The translations under genes were made by a program, and so were the position numbers. From the sequence record MW879344.1: a stretch of 64,000 nucleotides of DNA; one strand, 5' to 3'. How positions within the stretch are numbered: position 1 is the stretch's first letter; each line of letters begins with the position of its first letter. Below are positions 56,843 to 64,000 of this stretch, piece after piece. Under the pieces are notes generated by a model, which worked only from the letters and a program-made list of their open reading frames with translations, was not told the origin of the DNA and made no database searches.

Positions 56843-57388
56843 ATGAATAAATTACAGAAATTTTTAATAGATCTCACTCCAGAATATTCATATCGCGTAA
56901 AATTTGCATGTGAGCCAAGCTCAGAAGAATTGCATAAAGTTGTTTCTAGACTTACTGATAGATATGATGCTTTTGAAGTTGGTCCATTAAAGAAAACAAT
57001 CTTCCAAGATCGTCCACTAGATTTTTTCAATCTAGATTGTGGTGAAATTTGGATGTTCGATTTTAAATGCAATCGTGGTGTGCAGCCTCAAGTACTTCTA
57101 TTTGAAATTGGAAGTTTACTAAAATGGCCTGAAACGTTGATTCATATTCGTAATAATATGGAACCTGCTCAAGAAGAAATGGCTAATTCAGAAGATGATA
57201 TTGATTTTGATGAATATGAACCACGTCTTTTAGATCCTGATTATACTGAAGTTCCAGAGGTTAATGCCGAAGAATTAGGTGGTCAAGGTCGTGCAGATAC
57301 TGCCGTGAAAGATGCAATTGAAAATTATAAAAAAGATAGAACACCATATGCAGAATACATGTCTGCTGGATTCGGTAAAAAGGAGTAA
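56843..57388 (+). CDS. Hypothetical protein (morphogenesis cluster)
   Basis: SD ggag; 181 aa. Confidence 0.65.
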   Translation: MNKLQKFLIDLTPEYSYRVKFACEPSSEELHKVVSRLTDRYDAFEVGPLKKTIFQDRPLDFFNLDCGEIWMFDFKCNRGVQPQVLLFEIGSLLKWPETLIHIRNNMEPAQEEMANSEDDIDFDEYEPRLLDPDYTEVPEVNAEELGGQGRADTAVKDAIENYKKDRTPYAEYMSAGFGKKE

Positions 57389-57391
57389 TCA

Positions 57392-57949
57392 ATGAGTCTT
57401 TTAGAAGAAATGTTCGATGGTTCTCAAGAACAATTGAATGAACGTCCTTATAGTCGTACCCAATCAGCGATTGATTCGGTAAAAGGTAAAGCAAAAGGAA
57501 TGTTCGGATCTGGTCAAGTTGAGCAAGGTGCACAGCAAACTGGACAACAAGCTAACCAACTATGGAACGATTTTAAACGTTATGTTGGTAGAAAATACGG
57601 TTCACATCCACAAGCAGTATCATATGCAGATGTAGCAGCATTTTTTAAAGGTAATAATTTAGACACTAAGTTTTTAGGTAATAATGAACGCCGTTCATTT
57701 ACTCCTAAAGATGTTGGTAATGCAATTCTTTCAGCAGCACGTGAACTTGGTGATGACTATACCAATCAAGATGATGAACAAGAAGATCAAGGCCAACCAC
57801 CAGCAGGTGATAATAGTCAAGGCCAACCACAAGGTGGTAGCCAAGGTGGACAGCCACCAGCCGGAGGATCTGGCTCATCTGATTTAAGTGGAAAATTATC
57901 TTCACTATCTGCATCAGACAGAGCAAAACTATTGAGACTAATTTCGTAA
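57392..57949 (+). CDS. Putative virion/internal head protein with GQPP low-complexity tail
   Basis: LNE near N-terminus; QGQPPAG repeats. Confidence 0.55.
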   Translation: MSLLEEMFDGSQEQLNERPYSRTQSAIDSVKGKAKGMFGSGQVEQGAQQTGQQANQLWNDFKRYVGRKYGSHPQAVSYADVAAFFKGNNLDTKFLGNNERRSFTPKDVGNAILSAARELGDDYTNQDDEQEDQGQPPAGDNSQGQPQGGSQGGQPPAGGSGSSDLSGKLSSLSASDRAKLLRLIS

Positions 57950-57963
57950 CAGGAGAAGAAAAA

Positions 57964-59346
57964 ATGATAAAATATCTCGGCAATGATAATAAAGTTCCGA
58001 ATAATTACGTTTATACTTCTCACACTGGTTCAGAATATATATTTCTAGAAGGATTGTGGTATAATTGTAAAAATATGACAATTATAGATCCTTCTAAGAA
58101 TTATAAAATGAACAAGGCCGCAGCACAACAAATCTCTGAACAAAATATTTCTAGTACTTTGAAAATTGGTCAAAAGTATATTGTAAATGAATCAGAATAT
58201 GTTTATGTTGGACGTAATAAAGTAACAAAAAATGATTCACTATTACATGAAAGTATTAACAACAATATTATTTCATTGATGGAAGCAGATAATGCTAGTG
58301 AATTCAGTAATTTCGTTCGTGGTGACACGACTAATGTAGAAATTCCTAATAAATTTAGACTAGATGGTGATTACTATTACATCAAAAGTAAAAATGCATG
58401 GTGGAAAGATAAGTTAATTGATGATACCCAATTTAATAAAGAATTGAATAGGGATGCTATCAAAGAAATTCAAAAATATAATGCACAAGATGAATATCCA
58501 GTTAATAGTACTTTCGATTGGAAAGGTCAAACAATGACATGGACTGGTAGTAATTGGGTTTATCCTGATGGTAAAATTGCAGGTCATAAATTCACTTCTA
58601 AAGTAGATGATTATATTGATGAAAATCCTGATATAATTAAACCAACTGATTCATCAGGAAGTTCTAATCCAGAACCAACTGATAATGCAGGTGGACAACC
58701 ACCAACTAATCCAGCAGCAGGTAGTTCTGCACCAGATGGATATGTATATACTTCTAATAAAGGAAAATCATACGTAAAACGTGGTGGAAAATGGTATGAT
58801 ACTAGTACTAAAAAACCAATTAATAGTTCAGCAGTTCCTAGTTTAGAACGAGCAGCCGCAAATAAAATTGCACAACATGATGCTAGTTCTCCTGTTAAAA
58901 TTGGTCAAGAATTTAAAGCTAAAAGTGGGAAGACCTATCGTTATGTTGGTGGTAATCGATTCATGTCAGATGACGGAAAATTACTTCCAGATAGTACAGC
59001 AAGACAAGTACTTGCTAATTTGAATAATAATGCTAATAACGGTCAAGGTAGTTCTAGTTCACAAGGGCAACCACCAGCAAGTAATTCCGGTGGACAACCA
59101 CCAGTTCCACCAAGTAATCCACCATCAAGTGGAAGTGGTGCTGGAAACACAGGAGGCAATCCACCAAGGGGTGGAGGTAATGATCCTTTACAATCACTAG
59201 CTGATGAAATTAAATCTAGTCCAGATGCACCTAGAATTGTAGTACTATTGAGCCGTGGTGATGCATTATCACTATTAGCTGCTGATATACTATTATCTGG
59301 ACAGAAAAAAGAAGCAGCACAGATTCTAAATTCATTAAATAATTAA
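57964..59346 (+). CDS. Putative virion protein with three ~85-aa internal repeats and G/S/P linkers
   Basis: VPNNYVYTS..G..Y....G.WY...; IPNKF...; APDGYVYTSNKG.SY...G.WY... repeats. Confidence 0.6.
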   Translation: MIKYLGNDNKVPNNYVYTSHTGSEYIFLEGLWYNCKNMTIIDPSKNYKMNKAAAQQISEQNISSTLKIGQKYIVNESEYVYVGRNKVTKNDSLLHESINNNIISLMEADNASEFSNFVRGDTTNVEIPNKFRLDGDYYYIKSKNAWWKDKLIDDTQFNKELNRDAIKEIQKYNAQDEYPVNSTFDWKGQTMTWTGSNWVYPDGKIAGHKFTSKVDDYIDENPDIIKPTDSSGSSNPEPTDNAGGQPPTNPAAGSSAPDGYVYTSNKGKSYVKRGGKWYDTSTKKPINSSAVPSLERAAANKIAQHDASSPVKIGQEFKAKSGKTYRYVGGNRFMSDDGKLLPDSTARQVLANLNNNANNGQGSSSSQGQPPASNSGGQPPVPPSNPPSSGSGAGNTGGNPPRGGGNDPLQSLADEIKSSPDAPRIVVLLSRGDALSLLAADILLSGQKKEAAQILNSLNN

Positions 59347-59373
59347 GATTAATTAGAAAAGGAATTGATTAAA

Positions 59374-60342
59374 ATGAAAAAACAAATTAATGAAGCATCA
59401 GTACGTATCGATGTTCAAGGTTTAGAATCTAATGATCTTGAAACTCTATCACGTATGCTTGCTTTAGCTGGACAAGCAGAAAATAAAGGACCACAATTAG
59501 GTGGTATGGCTTCTATCCCAGCAATTCGACCATTAGATATGGATAGTATTGGTGGAGATGAAACACAAGCCATTATGAGTCCTGAAACGTCACCAAGTGC
59601 CGATGATATGTCAGGTGTAGGTGGTTCCGAGCTAGGGGCTGCTGTAGGTGATTTGGCAGGTTCAATCACTGATTTCGGTGATGAAGGGCTTGACAACGGT
59701 ATGGGTTCTGATGTAGAATCTATGGAAGTTCAAGACGAATCCAGCCCTGATTTTGGTTCAGACGACATTAGTTCTGAACTGGACTCTGAATATACTGGTG
59801 ATGATGATTTCGATATGGGTCGTATGTCATCACTTGCAGGTATTCACGAAAGTCAAGATGTGGATGATTCAGATGATGTGTCTGATGATTCAGATGATGA
59901 AGTTAATCCCGATGACCAATCAGCCGATGAAGAAACAATTGGTGAAAGCCTACTACCTGATCTATCATTGGATGAAGATGCAATTTCTCCTGAAGAACAA
60001 CCGAATCAAGAATTCGGACCATTCAGAACTGAATTTGAATGTGTTAATGATGGTCAAGAAAAAACAAATGGTGTCGAAGGTGATAACTTCATCGTAGTAC
60101 CAAAAGGTAATGCGTTCTATTGGAAACGTACAGTGCAAGAAGATGCTGACAATCGTCCAGAACCAGATTTTTATGATGATGAAGGGATTCGTAACTCACG
60201 TCATGAATACCGCCATAAACGTACTGCTCTAGGTGACAATCCAATTCTTTCAGTTGATGAATCTGAAGAAGATGATGAATCAGTAGATTCAATCTTCGAA
60301 TCAATCAACGACAAATATAAGAAATTTATGGAGGGTCTATAA
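59374..60342 (+). CDS. Highly acidic putative prohead core/scaffold-like protein
   Basis: D/E-rich; INE, IHE, IGE, IFE motifs; start moved to ATG 59374. Confidence 0.5.
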   Translation: MKKQINEASVRIDVQGLESNDLETLSRMLALAGQAENKGPQLGGMASIPAIRPLDMDSIGGDETQAIMSPETSPSADDMSGVGGSELGAAVGDLAGSITDFGDEGLDNGMGSDVESMEVQDESSPDFGSDDISSELDSEYTGDDDFDMGRMSSLAGIHESQDVDDSDDVSDDSDDEVNPDDQSADEETIGESLLPDLSLDEDAISPEEQPNQEFGPFRTEFECVNDGQEKTNGVEGDNFIVVPKGNAFYWKRTVQEDADNRPEPDFYDDEGIRNSRHEYRHKRTALGDNPILSVDESEEDDESVDSIFESINDKYKKFMEGL

Positions 60343-60343
60343 T

Positions 60344-60721
60344 ATGAGTATGATACGTAATTTAATGGAATCTATTGATGACATTTACGAAGCTGATGAT
60401 GAATCAATGGAACAGGCACCAGAAGCCTCTCCAGCAGAAGTACTAAAAGATATAATTGGTTCGTTAAAAGAACTGTCAACAATGATTGCTGATGGTTCTA
60501 TTGAAGAACAAGGTAATTTACTATCTGATTTGCAAAACATTTCATCTTCATTGAAAGAACTAATTGGTTCAGATGATGATTTTTCAGATGAAGCATTAGA
60601 AGAAGAATATGGTACAGAAGATTTTGGACCATATATTGATAAAGATGGTGTTCAAAACTATGAAGTAGCGGCAAAAGAAGCTGATTCATATCCTGAACAT
60701 AAAGGTTTTGTGGGAATGTAA
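60344..60721 (+). CDS. Acidic hypothetical protein
   Basis: MSMIRNLMESIDD; SD ggagg. Confidence 0.6.
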   Translation: MSMIRNLMESIDDIYEADDESMEQAPEASPAEVLKDIIGSLKELSTMIADGSIEEQGNLLSDLQNISSSLKELIGSDDDFSDEALEEEYGTEDFGPYIDKDGVQNYEVAAKEADSYPEHKGFVGM

Positions 60722-60722
60722 T

Positions 60723-61097
60723 ATGATACCAAAAACCAACAGTACTGAAATCCAATTTGATGTATTAGTAAAAATCAGAGAAGTTTATGAATTTGATTCA
60801 GAACTCTCTGATAGAATGTTACTTATATCTATTTTTGATAATTACAGAACTGGTGGTGGTCTTAGGTTGAGTAAGCTGGGGTACACTATCTGTGCAGAAA
60901 ATAATTTGTATGATTTCACCCCCATTCCTATTAAAAGTCAGGATCGCAACTCAATGGTTTATACCTCACTAGACCGTATTTGCACTAGCCCCTATTATAT
61001 AAAAGGGGATGTTTTGTACTTATCTGACGAATTAGTTTTGGCACAACTCACGTTCTGCCGTGACGATTTTATGAAATTATTTGCTGCATTTATGTGA
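60723..61097 (+). CDS. Hypothetical protein
   Basis: Start moved to ATG 60723; GGLRLSKLG motif. Confidence 0.6.
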   Translation: MIPKTNSTEIQFDVLVKIREVYEFDSELSDRMLLISIFDNYRTGGGLRLSKLGYTICAENNLYDFTPIPIKSQDRNSMVYTSLDRICTSPYYIKGDVLYLSDELVLAQLTFCRDDFMKLFAAFM

Positions 61098-61123
61098 AAC
61101 ACAAAATAAAAATCTGGTATAAT
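61094..61123 (+). promoter_or_regulatory. Promoter, 18-bp-spacer class
   Basis: GTGAAAC...TGGTATAAT. Confidence 0.65.
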
Positions 61124-61154
61124 AAGCTCATTAAGACAGTTTATGGATTAATTA

Positions 61155-61185
61155 AAGGCACTGAGAAATCAGTGCCTTCTCTTTT
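61155..61185 (+). terminator. Leader hairpin/terminator upstream of the MoxR gene
   Basis: aaggcactga-gaaa-tcagtgcctt + ctctttt. Confidence 0.6.
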
Positions 61186-61241
61186 GGCAAATGGATTTGT
61201 GAATTTCAATACAGTAACCACAACACATAGGTATAAGAAGT

Positions 61242-62573
61242 ATGAGCGAAAAAACTAACGTAGATATTCTAAAGTATGATTTGAAACCATCCCAAATTTT
61301 TGAAGCAATGCAAGTTGCAGATTATGTTGGTGATAGTATGATGATTTGGGGTTCTCCTGGTATTGGTAAATCCGCAATTGCACGTCAATATGCAAATGAA
61401 CAGTATCCCCTTCGTAAAGATAACCAAGGAAAATTAGCATATCTACTTCAACGTGCCGAAGATCCTGAAGATAACCTAGTTTCAATGGCTGATTATACAG
61501 AGTTTGCTAACTCATTACTAGATCAAGAAACTAACTTTATCGACTTCCGACTATCACAGATTGAACCATCGGATCTCCGAGGTATTCCAATTCCAGTAAA
61601 AATGTACTACAATCTTGAAGGTGAACAGATTTTAGAATCTGAACTACCAAATTACCCAATGTATCGTACTGAAACATCCGTTGTTTGGGCTGCACCAGAT
61701 GTTCTAAAACTACATCCTAATTGGAAAGGTGTAATTCTATTTGACGAAATCAACTCAGCAATGCCAATTGTTCAAGCTGCATCATATCAGCTAATTCTTG
61801 ATCGTTGTGTTGGTGATATGGTACTACCAAAAACTGCATTAATTCTTGCAGCAGGTAACCGTGAAACGGATGGTGGTGTAACTTTCAGTCTTGCAACTCC
61901 ATTACGTGACCGTATGACACACGTTGAAATGATTCCAGATTATAATGATTGGATTGAACATTATGCAATTCCTAACCGAATCAATGCAGGTACTGTTGCG
62001 TATATCAAGAATACTGGTACAAAACATTTTAACACACTAAGTCCAAAAGATACCAGTCATGCAGGTGGTGCAAGTCCTCGTTCATGGACTCGTGTTTCTG
62101 AAATTGAAACGGCTCGTAAACGTCTAGGCACTTCTTCACCAGTATATAAAGCTCTTGTAGCAGGTCGTGTTGGGAACGCAGCAGCAATTGACTATATCAC
62201 GTATATTGAAAACATGGCTGATCTACCGGATGCAATGGATATTATGGACGGTACATTTACTGACTTCAGTAACTATGTAACTGACGTATCTAAGAACTAC
62301 TTTATTGTACTAAATCTAGTGTATAAAATCATTGAATTCAATACTGCTAAAATTGAAGGTACTATTACTAAAGAACAATGGTGCACGTACTGTACTAACT
62401 TCTTAACGTTTATTGATGATAATTTCTCTAAAACACAAGCAGAACTAATTGTACACGCAGTACGTACTTTCACAGATGCAAACGTTAATATCGCTTACTC
62501 TGAAGTTCCAGTATTCAAAACCTTTGTTCAGAAATATGGTCCACTTCTTCGTAAAGTACGTACAATGAAATAA
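61242..62573 (+). CDS. MoxR-type AAA+ ATPase
   Basis: WGSPGIGKS Walker A, DFRLSQIEPSDLRGIP, ILFDEIN Walker B, AAGNR, LRDR, ASPRSW. Confidence 0.88.
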   Translation: MSEKTNVDILKYDLKPSQIFEAMQVADYVGDSMMIWGSPGIGKSAIARQYANEQYPLRKDNQGKLAYLLQRAEDPEDNLVSMADYTEFANSLLDQETNFIDFRLSQIEPSDLRGIPIPVKMYYNLEGEQILESELPNYPMYRTETSVVWAAPDVLKLHPNWKGVILFDEINSAMPIVQAASYQLILDRCVGDMVLPKTALILAAGNRETDGGVTFSLATPLRDRMTHVEMIPDYNDWIEHYAIPNRINAGTVAYIKNTGTKHFNTLSPKDTSHAGGASPRSWTRVSEIETARKRLGTSSPVYKALVAGRVGNAAAIDYITYIENMADLPDAMDIMDGTFTDFSNYVTDVSKNYFIVLNLVYKIIEFNTAKIEGTITKEQWCTYCTNFLTFIDDNFSKTQAELIVHAVRTFTDANVNIAYSEVPVFKTFVQKYGPLLRKVRTMK

Positions 62574-62579
62574 TACTTT

Positions 62580-62603
62580 AGGGGCATATATTGCCCCTTT
62601 TTC
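62580..62603 (+). terminator. Terminator between MoxR and vWA genes
   Basis: aggggca-tatat-tgcccct + T run. Confidence 0.65.
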
Positions 62604-62615
62604 TATGAGGTTTAT

Positions 62616-63965
62616 ATGAAAAAAGAAAAACATGTAGTATCTGATGCATATGCAGCAGAATGCTACGAACGAATTATTATTGCACGTACTGCGATGATTA
62701 TGTCTTGTCCATTCTTTGGAATTTTAGCTGCAAGACTACAATTAGTACCTAATAATACATGGTGCCGTACTTTAGCAGTAGATGGTAAACACTTGTACTA
62801 TAATGTTGAATTCATTATGGGAGTTGAAGACCCTGCTCGTCGTCAAGAGTATGAAGACAAACTTAAAGAATCTATTGATGGGATTACTGCTGAACAAATC
62901 AACGATGCATTAAATGGATTAACACATCAAAATCTATTGGCTGCAATTTGTCATGAGATTCTACACTGTGCATATAACCACTTTTTAAGACGTGGTGCAC
63001 GTAATCCTAAAAAATGGAACCAAGCAGCAGACTACGCCATTAACCAAATCATAAATCGTGATAAAAAAATGGGTGAAATTAAGAAGTCGTGGTTATTCAA
63101 AGCTGAATACGATGGAATGACTGCTGAAGAAATCTATAATATCTTAGAAGAACAAGATGGAAACGGTGGTGGGGGTTCTGGTTCTGGTGGTGGGACTTTA
63201 GATCAACATGACATTCCACAACAAGGCGATGATCAATCAGATGATGGGGACAGTTCTGGTGATTCTGGAATACCAGGATATAGTACTGAAGAATTAGAAT
63301 CATTCATGGAAGAATTTAAAGATGCTATGCTAAGTGCGGCAATGGCTGAAGGTGCACCACAAGAAATTCGTGCAATGATCGATGAGTATAAAACTCCTAC
63401 TATTGATTGGCGTTCTAAACTAAATCGTACTATTCGTTCATTGATTAAAAATGATGTATCTTATATGATGCCATCTCGCCGTTCATGGAGTACGGGTTTT
63501 GGAAGTACTGGTTCATATTATGGTTCTCCAATTTATCCAGGTTTAAAACCAGATTTGGATATTGATATTTGTGTTGCATTAGATGCATCAGGTAGTATTA
63601 GTACTGAAATGCTAAAAGATTTCTTGTCTGAAGTAATGGGTATGACTAAACAGTTTAGTCAGTTCAAGATTCGAATATTGACATTTGATACTAATGTTTA
63701 TACAGTACGAGATTACGTTACTGGTGAAGAACGTAAGATTCTTGAATATCCAGTAACTGGTGGCGGTGGTACGTTATTCACTGCTGTTTGGGATCATATG
63801 AAGGAAGATGACTATTGTCCAAAACAATTAGTTATGTTCACTGATGGAGAACCTTGGGGTTCTTGGGGAGATCCTACATATTGTGATACTTTATTTATTA
63901 TTCACTCGAATCCAAAGATTGAAGCACCATTTGGTACTACAGTGCATTATGAATTAGAGAAGTAA
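62616..63965 (+). CDS. DUF2201-type protein: HExxH metallopeptidase-like domain + vWA
   Basis: TLAVDG, CHEILH, WNQAADYAIN, ALDASGSI (MIDAS), GGGGT, FTDG. Confidence 0.85.
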   Translation: MKKEKHVVSDAYAAECYERIIIARTAMIMSCPFFGILAARLQLVPNNTWCRTLAVDGKHLYYNVEFIMGVEDPARRQEYEDKLKESIDGITAEQINDALNGLTHQNLLAAICHEILHCAYNHFLRRGARNPKKWNQAADYAINQIINRDKKMGEIKKSWLFKAEYDGMTAEEIYNILEEQDGNGGGGSGSGGGTLDQHDIPQQGDDQSDDGDSSGDSGIPGYSTEELESFMEEFKDAMLSAAMAEGAPQEIRAMIDEYKTPTIDWRSKLNRTIRSLIKNDVSYMMPSRRSWSTGFGSTGSYYGSPIYPGLKPDLDIDICVALDASGSISTEMLKDFLSEVMGMTKQFSQFKIRILTFDTNVYTVRDYVTGEERKILEYPVTGGGGTLFTAVWDHMKEDDYCPKQLVMFTDGEPWGSWGDPTYCDTLFIIHSNPKIEAPFGTTVHYELEK

Positions 63966-63979
63966 CAATACTAAATAAA

Positions 63980-64000
63980 AGGTCGCTAGGATGGCGACCT
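63980..64000 (+). terminator. Hairpin at window edge (probable terminator)
   Basis: aggtcgc...gcgacct; the T tail would lie outside the window. Confidence 0.5.

Noticed and set aside
56335-57072. 245-aa minus-strand ORF, and the other minus-strand ORFs in the track
   Set aside because: They lie antisense to well-packed + strand genes, have no SD or recognisable motifs, and have the S/I/L-rich composition expected of shadow frames
57781-59180. caaggccaaccacc / ggtggacaaccacc nucleotide repeats as a DNA-level repeat element
   Set aside because: In-frame and explained by GQPP low-complexity protein linkers

Overview
A 64-kb slice of an AT-rich, T4-distantly-related jumbo myovirus genome, most similar in gene content to the RaK2/GAP32/121Q-type enterobacterial jumbo phages (inferred from gene repertoire, not a database hit). 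Essentially all real genes are on the + strand. Contents in order: accessory nucleotide/translation genes (nucleotidyltransferase, two MazG-like proteins, GroES, TyrRS, adenine MTase, deaminase, NadR-like kinase); an anaerobic RNR module (nrdD, grcA, free-standing homing endonuclease, nrdG); three paralogous ~900-aa virion proteins; an accessory block (Thg1, second DNA MTase, RlaP-like nucleotidyltransferase, two small paralog families, 2OG-Fe(II) oxygenase, acyl carrier protein, spanins, Dps-like, NADAR, tdk); an RNA repair/translation block (RNA ligase, DUF2828/TROVE-vWA-like, 2H phosphoesterase, lysin, HPF, CCA enzyme, Nudix, glutaredoxin, YqeY, macrodomain, Pth2-like); a morphogenesis block (neck, sheath, tube paralogs, gp4-like nuclease, acidic head-type proteins); and a MoxR AAA + vWA pair. 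The most notable unexplained signals are non-coding: (1) a ~465-nt ORF-free, highly base-paired segment at 31217-31681 with its own promoter and terminator, a candidate large ncRNA; (2) strong over-representation of the palindrome AGTACT in all reading frames (17 counted by eye in the first 6 kb, about 2 expected), with two DNA methyltransferases in the window; (3) a perfect FNR box positioned for class II activation of the phage nrdD; (4) a ~120-nt end-paired structured element at 6182-6300; (5) recurring hairpins that bury a ribosome-binding site and contain or adjoin a TAAATA late-promoter motif. No tRNA or CRISPR array was seen. All protein calls are motif-based by eye.
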